Assembly (NCBI RefSeq): GCF_964204645.1
Contig: NC_134025.1
Coordinates: 26,578,299-26,642,298, forward strand
Length of the DNA: 64,000 bases
Direction: 5' to 3'
Source: Tubulanus polymorphus
Lineage: Eukaryota; Animalia; Nemertea
Positions 19,255 through 33,102 of the stretch are shown piece by piece (position 1 is the stretch's first letter; each line of letters opens with the position of its first letter). A model generated the notes under the pieces. That model saw only the letters and a program-made list of their open reading frames with translations, had not been told where the DNA came from and made no database searches. Made by a program: the position numbers and the translations under genes.

Positions 19255-21920
19255 ATAACCACTAAATTCTATAATTGTCATTGGTGTTGATTTTCGTTGA
19301 AATGACGCACGATCATTGATGGATGTGACTCCTCGAAAGTGAATAAGAGAAAGACTTTAAGACATCGTATGGAATCTTCAATAATGTAGACGCTATTTCG
19401 TAAATGGATCAAAGACAATTAGTTGAATGCCTAGTTGATACGGGTGCTAATTTATGATTTTGAGATTGAAAGTGCACAGTGCACAGTAGTTAAAATGAAA
19501 AGCCCGCATTTAAAAAGGGAACTTCAGTACAGGGAAGTAATTTCAAATTTCAAATTATTAAGCCTAGCGCACATCGACACTGCGATTGGAGATGTTTTTT
19601 GTATCGTAAAAATAAAATCATACTTATTATACTTATCATTATCTATCATCCTTATCGAGTATCATAGGTATATCATAATTTATGTAACATTATATGGTAT
19701 TATATTATATTATCGTTATCATATGATAATACGAATTCTATGCTCAAGAGGCATGGCAGGTTTCGATTGGTTTGTATCGACTTTGGAATACTCTCTTGGT
19801 GCGTTCGTTTTGACAAGCACTCCGCACAATTCGCTGATGCGCGACTGCCTGCTATCTACGAGCAATTATCTGACCAAGTTGAGAGTTTGTAACAAGTTGA
19901 GGGTCTGGAATTGCTATTCCTACACCGGAAACGCTCAATCGAAACCTGCCTGCCAAAAAGATACCTTGCTTCTCATGGCCAGCTGGGCCTTTGAAATCAG
20001 TGAACAAAGCGGAATCTTCAACTTCAGAATCTTGAGAAACAAAGTTCCCGTTTTAGCTTTACAAATGATGATGCAATTGTACTGCCTATAAATCAATTGT
20101 CATCATGAATATATAATTAGCACAGCGGCCCTGGTCGAATATAGGCTTTGACAATGTATCTGGGGATATACTCTAGAATTTTTGTGTCTCCGTTGAAGCA
20201 CTTGGTGGACCAGAATTGTCCGAAGTGTAAACGTATTCAGGTGGTGGATATGCAGGGTTCGGATGGTTGACGTAATCGGGTGGTGGATTTTAATGCTTTG
20301 AATCCAGGAGGACCTGGTGGACCATCACTGATACTGTGACACATGGCTGGAATTAAAATTACCATTTGATTCGAAATTGACAAAATGAAAATATAAGGGG
20401 CTTACCCATGTGGGGCCAGCATTGCTTTTGAGGATACCAGGCTAGGGTGCCGCCATCAGAGGCAGAGAGCTCTCCCCCTCTCGCCATTCTATATCTACTC
20501 TTAAAAAGGGACCGACCTTCGTGTAAACCGTTAAAAAGTCGTCGCACAGAGCAATGTTTTTCTGTCACCGGTCTTTTATAGCACATAGTTTCAATCAATA
20601 TTTTCCAATAAAAGGAAAATGCATAAGATATTAACAAATAGTTTGAGCTGGTATCGATGCCTCCAGTGGTGGATCAGGTCCTGATGCCCCCGGGTTACTA
20701 CAGCATACAAGTTTGATGGTAGTTAAATCGGATGATTCGCCCCAGCTAAAATTTGAAAATATTTGCATAATGTTTAAGTTGGAATATGAATTTTTTTTTA
20801 TAATAATAATAGTAATTTATTTTCTTATATAGCGCTTAACTAAAATCATAATCTAAGCACTTTACATTATAAATCATATGCAGCGTATTTAAAAACAGTT
20901 GTACTATGATGTTCCAAAGTCACACAAAGATATCAACAGATAAATCATTCTTCTAAAAATCCGAATTTTCGGTTTTTCTCCTAAAACCGTTCATCATCAA
21001 GGAATGACAAGAAATACAGAATTTCATAGTTTATAAAGGCGGCAGGTGACAGGAAGAAAACTGGAACGAGAGTTTATTATTGGCGAAAGAAACATAGACT
21101 ACCCGTTGACGCGTGATGTAGTATATGAATTCATTAAGGCTGATTCAACAATGTGGCATCGGGTAACCTGTTGGATGAAGCACTAGGACTGGAAAAAGGA
21201 TTTAGTTGAAACCTAGTATAACTTCCTCCGTAAGTGCTGCCACTTCGTCTACTTCCACTTCTTCGACTTCTTTGAGCCGTTGAAACATCTGTCCCTTAAG
21301 AGATGGTAGCAATGGTAAACGTTACCAGTGATTTGAGAATACAGCCTTTTGGCATAATTATCAGATTAAAATATGATTTTGATTAATTTAATCGTTTGGC
21401 ATTAATCGTTAAAATCATTTGGGGATTTCATTTGGAGATATCATGTCGGAATAAATTCGATAACATATCTTATTTTATGTCCCTATAGGACGCTTCCGTA
21501 ATTTCCCTTTCACATTTCGCATTTATAATTCAATGTAACTTGTCTAGGTTTTGTTGGTCTGTAACCCCAGAGTCAGCTGTATTGATCAATAAGCTATAAT
21601 CTACTATAAACTCAATGATGAGAATAAAATCACATAATAACAGACACATCAATATCAAACAGAAACCTCGTTTTTTTTTCTTCCTTGTTTGTTGTAGCTC
21701 CGTGAGGTAAAACAATCTTTTAATCGTTATATTTTACAAATGAGGCGTTCATTTAAAGAGATTATGATCATATGTCGTTACGTCGCTCGCCTGACACGAA
21801 ACTCCGTCAAAACAAGCAAATGCCGATTTATAAATATAAATCTTATAAACACCTGTTTGAAAAAGTTGGGAAATCTGACTGTAATAAATCAATTTAAACT
21901 GGTTCCTACGTCTAATCAGT
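19255..21920 (-). pseudogene. Decayed paralogous copy C of the Shisa-like gene
   Basis: Signal exon (about 21633-21670) lacks the MDAGI start; an RS/G-rich exon remnant begins at 21288; no Cys-domain exon seen; last exon (about 20190-20346) carries a +1 frameshift relative to copy A. Confidence 0.75.
19755..19950. mobile_element. MITE with GGCAGGTTTCGATTG / CAATCGAAACCTGCC TIRs; related copies near 12510-12740, 15560-15812 and 9975-10103
   Basis: 15-bp TIRs; the internal TGGAATACTCT motif and the CAATCGAAA end are shared by all four copies. Confidence 0.75.
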
Positions 21921-22717
21921 CGAATTAACTACGAAAACGTATATATACAAGAGGTTCCAAGACTTGTTAAAATGATATTTTCGACTAAAGAATCTGACTC
22001 TGAACAGAAGGAAATATTTTCGATTTCTCATTACCCTTTGTATATGTTTATCAAACCTGTCCATGTCAGTGTGGCTATATTGTATTAATACCAAACTGTG
22101 ATCACTAGAATTTAACCCAATTTTTTAGGTTCCCTTTCGAGATCAAGTGAAACGGGCTCCAGATCGTGTCGATCCTTATACTTTATTTGGCCTTCTTTTG
22201 GGGATATATTGTTATTCTGGCGCTCAGAACTGATACAGAGACTCATTCATTTTTCTTTGTGTACCTATATATTACGGACTCGGCTGGGATGTATGTAATC
22301 TACATCATTCCTCAAACCCAGTTCATCAGAAATGTGGGAATTATACATTACCTTTAGAAATGTAACAATGTTCAATATAATAAATGGGTCTTGTAGGACG
22401 GATGTGAAGAATACAAATGCTGGAATCTCTATTCCCTAAACTTCAATTATTAAATAGCTGGTCAATGTAACGGCAAATGACTTTTCGATCGTAGATTGTC
22501 GGATGTGTGATTGCATCCGATGAAGCCTAAATCCGTATATATACTGATATAAGTGTGGATATGTCACATCATCAAATAGAAATATCAGCGCCTTTTTCGC
22601 GGCGAGTTACAGCGCAGCGCTGCGATCAGCCGTCATCAAACGACGACCGAAGCTTCGTGTCGCGAATTCACAAAAGTCGTAGGTGTGGATGACATAGCGA
22701 GACAGCATCTCAAGCCA

Positions 22718-22724
22718 TATAAAA
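22718..22724 (+). promoter_or_regulatory. TATA box of insulin-like peptide gene
   Basis: TATAAAA about 80 bp upstream of the ATG at 22804. Confidence 0.55.
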
Positions 22725-22803
22725 GGAACTTGCAACTCTGGAACAGTACCAACGAAATACTTGTTACAGTTAAAAAGTTAGAGAACTGTTTAACTAAATC
22801 AAG

Positions 22804-25800
22804 ATGATGCCCACTCGGATTTTACGACTGTATTTTCTCCTCATACAAACAGTTTTCTTGCTTATCATAGCCAGTCATATAGTTCACAGTTTGAATTCCG
22901 ATCCAGAGAAGGTACAAAAAATCTGCAGTCAAGATATTTTACGAGCAATTAAGTTGTCATGTTCGTACATATCATGGAAACCGTCAGGTACGTAATAGAA
23001 ATGTGTCATTTATATTGTAATGTTCAGTAATATTTCATTGATTGAACTATGTTTAAGAAGAATCTGAAATTTATTACCATTGATTATCATTAACCGAATT
23101 ATTTTGCGACCAGATAACGTGGCAATGTTTATTTGACCGATTCGTTTATTTCTTGGCAATAAGAAGACTTGTATTTACGAAATAAGCTACGTAAGAATTT
23201 TTTTCGAATCATTTCATTAGTAAGGGCTCGAAAAATGATTAACAAAACACGCTACAAAAAGCACATGCAAATAAGAGACCCTGCATCTGTCGCCAAGGGA
23301 CGCGGTTGCATTACTTAAATGTCGGTAATAGAGGAATTATTACAGTAATTAGTTTTCTGCCGGTTGCGGCTTTGTTCTAGCTGGTTAATTGCCCAAAGTC
23401 AGATTTCCATTTTTTTCATGTCACACGACATCGAAATTGCGCGCGGTTAGGGATTACGTTTGTGAGAACGAAAGACACGCAAAAACACTTTCATTTCACG
23501 CTATGACTCGTGTCAGAAGCAGAATCTATCTCATGTCTAATTGCGATATGTTTCAAAGACAGTTTAAATTTTGAATTTGAGAATCGTAGCGTATGGGTCA
23601 CACACATCTTATTGTAAATCTATATCATTTGCGCTTTTACGTGTTGTAGGCTAATTTTTGGCGATGTATTTCATATCAACCATTTGTTAATTAACCATTT
23701 TGCCTATTTATTGAGACACGTTACGGTGTGCTGGTGATATGATACATTTCATGTTCAAACAAGTGTTCAAACAAGTTTTATCATCGAATTAGCGAGAGAA
23801 CAATTGTTGGTTGATTTGAATTTGCCTTAGAATACAGTTGCCCAGCATGTATACATGAAAAAACTTTTGTATGATATTCATATGCAATAAACAGATCTGG
23901 ACGAATATGCAAGGATGAAAAATCACACACAACGCGTATGGAACTGATCTTAATTCAGTTTGTCACCATTTGTCGGTTGGTGCTTAAGCTCCTTTGGTCA
24001 AGTAAATAATCAAATTTGTGCGATATATTAAATTTACGATATCAAAACCAATCCTTTGTTACATCGGTATGGGAATCGTGCGTGTTGAATTCCGATTTCT
24101 TACTTTTTTTCTACCGCCTTAAAAAAGAAGTAACTGGAATCGGTCCGTGCGTAGATAGAATTGTAGAATTGTGTGAAACGCTGACACCATTTATTCCTCG
24201 ACGGAATCTTTATCAAAATACGTAGTATGGCGATAGTAATTAGACTGCTGAGATTCCCTTTCTGGAGTTACAATTGTGTTTTCTGGCTTTAATTACGACC
24301 TTAAAGAAGAAAAAGCAGTTACTTTATAGCATAGAATTGATGGAAAACATAGCTCTAAGATATCTTTAAGAGCACATCAAGATTATAGACTTATGGAAAA
24401 TTACATATCGTTGTTGATAACATTAGTGATTAATAGCGTCCGTTTGTCTACCTGAAATAAATGTTCCTTCTAACATAGGATTAAAATGATTCATTTCTAT
24501 AAGGTGGATTTAGCTTGCACCGTTGGAACATTTTCGCTTTATCCGAGAGTTTAATTTACGACAGCTTCGAAATTTCATTTTTGAATAAAACAAAGTACGT
24601 CCTTGACTATCCCATGTCTACACGTGTCGATTAGAGTTGACATGAGAAGAGAATTACGAAATTACGAATAAACGTTAGTCACACTATCCGATTGGATAAG
24701 ACATCGTGATCATAAATCTGTATTTAAATCTTAAAGACGGCAATGTATTCTTGCAAGCGTCATATGAAATAATTGTTTATGCAATGACGATAGGCGAATC
24801 ACAGATATCTAAAATATACCTAAACACGTCGTTATTTATTGAAATGTCCATAATCATAACTCGATATCATAAGAGGCAAAACCTGGGGATTAATAGAGAT
24901 TTTCTTTATTGCCAAAGAATGTCGTTAAAGTTTTAGCTGAATCCATGGCAACGCCAAAGTGATGAACTTCCGTTTACTTGGTACATAATGCACGTAATTT
25001 GCTCCTACTGGAACTAAAAACTAGCATTCTTCGATGGTGGCCCAAGAGACTTAATATCATCCGCGTGTGAGCAAGTGGCTTCATCCAACACTTACCTGTC
25101 GAAAGTTAGATTTATTGGGACGACAATAGTTAGACTTTGTTCGTAGCAGATTCTCATTGAATTTCAAACAATGAGATACGCAGTTTTCGGTATCCATGAA
25201 TGTTAATTCGGTATTATGTAATTGATTTTAAATTTTAGTTTTTAACTTTCTATTCAAATGTAACAAAAATTTCAATTGATTATCAGATCTCGTATGCACG
25301 ATGACAACAGGGAATCGATTACGCCCTTCTTTATTTCACCTGCATAATCCGGGGAACAAGTGCGTATTTGATGATGATCTGCAGGTTGTTGTCCAGCCGG
25401 ATATGTTTATTGAATTGTAATAAATATCTTTCTCATTAAACGACAGAAAAGAACTATTATTTCAACATTCACTTCGTTTCCATGGGAGCAGAACAAAAAA
25501 GTTACCATTTTCTTCATATCCGGAATATATGTTGGATATTACTTAAGTGAATGAAATGCGTTTTCTTTTTCATATGACCAAAGAAGCTAACGGTCAACAA
25601 AAATATGCATTTTGCCAGTAAAATGAAAAATATACAGAAATCTGTTCGTATACTTAGTTCACTGTACACCATATAATTCGAGATTTATCGGGTAACTCTG
25701 TAATGAATAAAGCTGCTAACAAACGAATAAATGCACGTGAAGCAGCCTCGTTAACGGGTAATAATTCTAGAATGACCGGCGAGATAAGGAATGAACCCTT

Positions 25801-27361
25801 TTCTCATATGCAGTAGGTGTTGAATTTGCAGGAAACATTGCCAGCGAGTCGTTTATCAATTACAATATAATTCCTCAATTTACCGCCACACGATTATTCT
25901 TACTTAATTTATATATTGCCCCATTGATAAAACGCTCATTTTTCGCTGAAAACACATGTTCTTATTCCTGCGATATGTCCTGCAGTACTCGATAATACAG
26001 AATGATAAATGATGTTTAACAAAGAACAGTAGAGACCCCTGGTTTGACTACTCTGACTTTTTCCAGTACTGAAACAATACATGTATATGATGTATCAAAA
26101 ATACGTATACTTTTTATGTATTTTGGATATATTTTTTATCCAACGTCTCTACCAGGAAGTAATTTACCAACCAGGAAGTAAAATCCACAGTATACAATCC
26201 ACGTTCTTGCGATTTCAACTTTTATTGTATCCAACTTTGGCGCGACTCCAACAATTCTAATAAATTATAACATTTCAAAAATGAATGGAGCATTGAAGAA
26301 TATCTCGCCACATTATACCCTCTGATTTAAGAATAATATTTTGCCGTTTTCGTTGCTCAAATCACAGATAACCAATCGGGACCGAAAGATACAACCGAAC
26401 CCCTAGAGAGGAAAGAATTTGTAGTCTATGTGTCACTGGAGATGCCGGGGACAAATTCCATCACGTTATTCAATGCCATTTTTTTCCGAAACATCTGAAC
26501 TAAATTCTTTCATTTTTTCAGAACTAGGCCAAGCGTGCACAAATGTACCCAACAAATGAACACTAAAGACAAAACTAAGCGAATTAATCAAAGCCACTTT
26601 TCTCTAAATTCTTGTCTATTTACACGTATTTTTTATGTGCGTCTATGTATGTAAGCTATTTATTAACATATTTTTATATAAACCGCTATAATTTTTGTTT
26701 TGTGCTTGTGCTCTAAGCAACTATATTTAAACCAATTCTATTCTATTATGTGAACAATTTCATAGAATCTGGAATGAATTAGATTATTGAATGAACACGC
26801 CGCATGATAAGCGTTATGAATGAATCACGTCTTCGTCTATCAAGATGTTCTAATTAATACTGCGGCTTAATTTTACGGTATCAAATGAAAACATACATCT
26901 TGTACTTGACAAGGTTTTCTGTTTTAAATAATCAAGATATTCGTGATCCTTTCTAAATCAAAAGTTGTGTAAAGATGCTGAGAACGATAGTTTAAATAGT
27001 TTATTAAGTTACGTCAGATGCGGCCGTTATTAGTAAAATATTCTGTTATTTGTCCCCGGGCGACTCAGGTGCATTGAGATGGAAGCACATTTGTTGCTAG
27101 TCTATGGTTATTTTTTATCGTGCCGCAAAACGAGTGAACGCATCAATCATGTCAAAACGCTTGAAGCGTTGAACGAGAAACTAAAATTCATACGAAAATT
27201 TTATCATTTACACGGTTTCTTTTATTTCAGCTTACATAAGCAGGATGTTGTCAGTCAGGGGACCTCAGACGATCAACAATAAAGATTTCATCCGTTTCCT
27301 GTTCACTACTTGTTGTCGCAAAGGCTGTACAATAAAAGATTTCCAGATCCTCTGCCAGTAA
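22804..27361 (+). CDS. Insulin/relaxin-superfamily peptide precursor, 104 aa
   Basis: Exon 22804-22987 encodes a signal peptide and B-chain KICSQDILRAIKLSC. A phase-1 intron of 4.2 kb follows. Exon 27231-27361 encodes A-chain CCRKGCTIKDFQILC (CC-x3-C-x8-C). AATAAA near 27732. Confidence 0.9.
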
Positions 27362-28743
27362 ACCGATGGTCACTGAGACTTTATTACTCAATGGTGATCG
27401 TGATCGTGCATGCCGTGCTTCTTAAAATCATACCTCGGCAATTTCCATAAAACAATTTTCGGAATTCAACGCAACGAAGGCACAATCGTAGTGTAATGTG
27501 TCGATTCGGAAACTACAAAACTACCTTCTTTGAACAGCTATTGCATCCACGTGTTATGATGTATTGCTCTCAAACATGATTTTCTGCACATGTTGAAAAT
27601 GCTAAAGGACCTAAGAGTTGAATGATAAGTAACCATAGATCCGCTTTCATTTCCCTCATACGTACGTCTTGTATATCTGTAAATTGTTCAAGATTAATCA
27701 TGCATATGATTATAAATTTGGGTTATAGAGAAATAAAATAAGCTATGGAATTGCGTTGTAAGTAAAAATCTGTTTTGAATTATGTTTGATTTTGATGACA
27801 AATGCGAATTTCATTTATAACGGAGAGAAAAATGGAAAATATAACATATAGGATGGCATCGATTTTGACATCGCTTGCGCCATGCAGAAAGGATTCTCAA
27901 ATATTATCTTTTCGTCTAGATCAGCCAGATCCCGTCTCTGAAGCCGAATCGTTGCCGTTGTATACGGTGTGATTTGATTAGATTATCAAGATTAACCAAA
28001 TCAGGCAAATTGATGTCGAAAATGATAGAATGAAAAGATATTTGCATTGCAGAGTTAATCTAGATGTCATGTAACGTTAATTCTTTGACAATGGTGGCGT
28101 GTTCTCCAAATTCATCGAGTCATAAACTTTCCGTTTAGTCGACAAAAAGTATGCTGGCTTTTCTTATCATATATCTAATTTCCGATTTATGGTCTTAAGA
28201 CCCCATTTCCATGGAGACACGCTCAAAACATTTACCAGAAAGATATCTACTATATACATATGTAATTTCTCTGATATAGTTATTGTTATATTTACAAAAA
28301 TAGATATGTATACATATATAATATAAATCTACGGCAGGAAATATGTACATAAAATGTGCATTTAACCCTAATTCGCTATTCGAATATAACAAACAAACAA
28401 AACATAGTATGATGAAAATCTGAACGATTCATAGAAATATACAGAACCCTGACGAATCGTCGCTAATGTGATAGCGGTAGATAGGGTACTGTCTCGCTGT
28501 CATAATTTGCCATTAGTGTCATCATCCCCAAAACCGCATGTACAATTTCAGTATCTTTCGAGGTTGAAGTCAATCCCTGAGACGAGGAGAAAATACTTTT
28601 TTTTTCAAGTCACCATCCCGTGTTTGATCAGCCGGGATCCGGTTCGTGTCCACGGTGCGTGAAAGGGTCATTACTTATAAACGATCTACCATTAAGTGAC
28701 ACATAGTTTTTTCGAAAGTACGGATAACACAAGTGTCAGAATA

Positions 28744-28902
<159 letters not shown>

Positions 28903-29021
28903 CTAATTAGCATGGATTGTACAAAACATGTGAATCGTCTATAATAGACTTAACTTCAAACACACGATGTTCTGTAATGACATCATCGGGAGTTATTGTA
29001 TAATATCTGCACTGGATTCCG

Positions 29022-32000
29022 TTAATTCTGCTGAATAAGCATTTGGAGAAGCACATCGTGGTCCATTGACATTAGTGTCTGTAGGTCCATACCCAAAGCG
29101 TTAGCAATACTTGACAGATCTAATCCAAACTGCATCAGCAGGTCAATAAAATCCATTTCTTCACCGGTAAATGGGTTCCTGATTTTTGGGCATGAAAGGT
29201 TACATTGCGGCCAGGCGCAAGTGTCAACCAAATGGTGTTTGCATCGGTGTCGATGATGATCCCAATGGTGTTGTTCATGACGGTTGATAAGAGACCGAGC
29301 ATCGCGACGTCGTCCTGTAACAAATTTTCGAATTGTGAGGTTACTCATGATACATATAGACTGCATCTCAACAACAAAACATGGTTATGTGACAGTAACA
29401 AAATTACACGATTTGATCTTAACGCGTTTATCAACGCACAATAGTTGGATTATCGGGATAAATGATTGGTTGTGCATCTTACGTTGTAATTGCAACCTAA
29501 AAGGGGATCCCCTAAAAGGGGATTTCTTTATTTCATGTTCAACTCAACGGAGGCTTATGATACAACTATATATTCTTGCCTTTAAATTTCCTGCGATTGT
29601 GACGTCTTCGTTTACGTCCATAATTACGACGTCTATTGGAATGATTTGGGTCATCTCCTTGTAGACTATCCGCTTCCGTGGACAGATACTTGGTTCTGAA
29701 ACGATATTCACGTATATATCAATGTACTTGTTCTATCGTGTTTCCCTGAACAGTGACACGATCAGATATTATATACACACCGCGTTTTTGCATGGATTTT
29801 GTGGTGGTTCGGCTCATGATGACCATGCTCCCAACATTTAATCGCGTTCGGTAAAGAGATGTCTCCGATAACCAGGTTCTGCCAGTCACTGAAAAATAAT
29901 CAAGGAAATACGTTTTTGTTCTGTGAAACTTTTTATCCATGTTTGACAGAATTTGGAAAAAGTGGTTTCAGATTACCCCTGTGAAGCTGGCTACTGGTTC
30001 CCGGTTCACGATTCGGCTCCCGATTCAAAACCATTTTGAATCGGGAGCCGAATCGGGAACCGGGAACCAGTAGCCGGCTACCGGTTTCAGATTCAGGAGT
30101 TTCAGAACAGGGGTTTCAGATTCGTCCATTATTTTCATTAAAAAAACTCCAAAATCTACCTTCTTGTAAGAACCATGTGCGAAAGGCAAGCTGTAGCGAA
30201 CACGGCCCTAAAATTATACCATTAAAAGTCAAAATTTAAGTGATGAATGGATGGAAAGATTACGTGCTTTGAAACTGTCTGTCCATATTTATTGCAGTGG
30301 TTGACAGAAACACTCAGCATCTGGTTAATATTCACTATTTGATTCAGACAATAAATCCATTAACGAATTCATTTCCATGTACTTACGAAACATTATGCAG
30401 AGATTTTTTGGTTTGATCGCCAACTTTATGAATATATTGCCATTGATTGGGATGAACTGGTGGGCCTACATTGTCCGCCGTTATTTGAGCTTCATCGAAT
30501 AGATGTTGAATAACAAACACAGGAGCTGTAGAACACACAAATAACACCGTTTTTTATGTAAAAATATCTAATGTATGAAATAACCTTATGTTTTATTCAT
30601 ATTATATTTAAAATCAGCTAGTTCAAAAAGTACGTACTCTGCAAAGTTGAGTAAATATTGTAACCAAAATAACATCTCCAGCGATCATTTGGAAATCTTT
30701 CTGCGCATCTTTTTGGAACTTCGCCGCTCCACAGTCTACAAAATAAAGTTGACAATATTTCACGGGTGATTTCACAACGTTAAGGCCTCTTTTTATTACT
30801 TGGAGTGCGGATTTTTTCAAGAAAAGTATTTGAGGACGGAAAGAGGCGGATCCGTACTCCAAGTAATCAAAACAGGTCTTAATGTGAAAGTACATCAGCG
30901 AGCTTTCAAAACCCACGGCAAACTACTTTATAACAGTATCGAACTCCGGTGCAATGTGATCATCAACATAAAACATCTTATTGTCTATTACTATAATTTA
31001 TGTGACATTTTCTTCCGCAAAGATTTGAGATGTGTATGTATGTGTGTATAAGTACTTACTCCATTCCTCTCTTTATAGCTTCGATAGGGGAACAAATATG
31101 GGCGTCTGAACACGTAGTTGGTTTAAATGGATCGTTATCTAGAAACCAACCAGAATCTGAAATACCCCGGACTTCCACCTCTGGAGCCAATTCTGCCATG
31201 AGATCTGTGACACTATCGAGGTTCACCAATACACCAGTGCCACCGGCGCTGAAAGAATATTCGTGTACAAATTGATTATTTTATTCAATTTTCACACAAA
31301 ACAATTCAGTATGAATATATGAAGGGATCTGACAGTATTAACTAAGTTTACAGAATAAGAAAAAAACTACCTGCTGCCTACAAGAAGTAATTTTTTCGTG
31401 CTTGACAACCCCTCTCCTATCAGTTCACGTATGACTTCTTTCACAATAAGAGAACCCATGAAAGAAAATTCCCCTGTAAAACATATCATTCGCATTTCAG
31501 TACACAGGATGACGTGAACATTCATCATATGGTTTACAGTTACATATAATATAACCGATTGTTGTGTCTTTTACGAAAAAAATAACCAACAAGTAATAGA
31601 ATCGTACTGACCTTGTCGTGTTGTGATGTGTGTACCACTCCAAGAATCACTTGAACAATAAGGTATCAAACTATTGAAAAAAAAAACATTTTACTAACTG
31701 ATTCTGGAAATATGTGAATCCATGATATACTCAAAATAGTCACTTACACAACGTTTGAATGAAAATAGTGCGGATTGTCTTCAGGATCCCACGACAATAT
31801 TCCTCGCCCTACGAAAAATTGTATCATATAGAAACTCGCGATTTTTAATATATAATGCGTTTATTAGCAATTTTTCATTTTAATCAGACACATTTCATTC
31901 AAATTGGATCTAAGATCTAAGCCTGTGACAGTCTATAGGCAAATTTCAACGGCGAATCTACTCGGCTAACCAATTTTCAATGAAGTGTCCCGGCAAATTA

Positions 32001-33102
32001 AACATGCTAGTGGTATATATCATCGCCGAATTTAAAATATGATCACAGTGTGTCGCCTGCTCCGAGCATATAAATTCGGCGTAAATGCATACTGAATGAT
32101 TTGATCATTTGATGGGTTAATGCATTCGGCGAATCTATCTTCTCACCGAATTCGCCTAAATGTGTCAACCTTGGTCTACTGAATTGAATCGCGGGCGGGA
32201 TTCGCCGAAGAAATTCACCTAGTCTAAATTCGCCACAAGCTTAATACAAGCGTAATCTAATAGATGGCGTAATAAAGTTTCGGAATCACTAAGCGCTCAT
32301 ACGTTCGATTCAAGAACTCTCGCAAAATTAATTAGAAACTGTTGATTGTTCCGTTGCTGTAATCTATTCTATACGAAATTGGAATATAATCCCATATAAG
32401 ATGATGATAGATTTCAGTTTGTTTACCTTTACGAGTTTCTGGCCATTCCGCTGATGTCATGAATTTTCGCATGTTCATCCAACGTCCAGCGCAACTTGCT
32501 TTATCAAAACAATACCACCCACCTGTGAATTAACAAAAGAAATTACTAATTCAGGTATAATAAGCACGTGTCTTTTTAACGAATTTTACGATTTTTCGTA
32601 ATTTCGCTAGATTATAATGTCGTATTACCTTCCAGAAACACGATCCACTTGTGGCTACCGTGAGACTTTCTGATGTAATAACTGAAAACGTTAAGTAGAT
32701 ATGCTATGCCAAATTGGGTAGAAATAGATTTTGTGACAGAAAAAGAATTTCTTTTTCACCGGTATAAAATCCATCATCATAGAAAAATAAACGTACTTTG
32801 ATAATTCGGTACCATTCTGTAAATTTATAAACTTACCCAGATGGTGATCCATCGTTACATGTTACAGTCGTGTTTTTCAAAAAAACTCGTTTCATGTCAG
32901 GAATTCTCTTGATGCCACAATTTTGCGCGTTTTTCACGAGATTTCGCAAAATCTCGAGGACGTTTCCATCTTTTTTCGACAAAACGTTCTGATTGATTAG
33001 ATTGGCCAATAATTCTGTGCCTCCTCCTGTCGGGTGACCATCGGTCATTACAAATACAAATATACTAACACACGCGACGAGTGAAGGCGCGAATTTTTGC
33101 AT
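29022..33102 (-). CDS. NOTUM: Notum, palmitoleoyl-protein carboxylesterase (Wnt deacylase)
   Basis: Exons 32837-33102, 32629-32681, 32427-32522, 31748-31808, 31612-31670, 31371-31473, 31060-31248, 30638-30735, 30387-30525, 30160-30207, 29781-29888, 29580-29695 (GC donor), 29022-29314. Motifs TCNDGS, FLEGGWYC, IPYCSSD, catalytic GSSAGG, DSGWF, LFDEAQ, ACLSH, WPQCNLSCP. Confidence 0.96.
29985..30079. repeat. Near-perfect 95-bp hairpin in Notum intron
   Basis: AGCTGGCTACTGGTTCCCGGTTCACGATTCGGCTCCCGATTCAAAA-CCA-TTTTGAATCGGGAGCCGAATCGGGAACCGGGAACCAGTAGCCGGCT. Confidence 0.9.
31920..32241. mobile_element. MITE-like element in Notum intron 3
   Basis: Imperfect terminal inverted repeats and multiple inverted CGGCGAAT/ATTCGCCG motifs. 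Confidence 0.55.

Noticed and set aside
19435-20091. 218-aa ORF on + strand
   Set aside because: Runs across a templated insertion, duplicated non-coding sequence and a MITE; the frame is not open in paralogous copy B.
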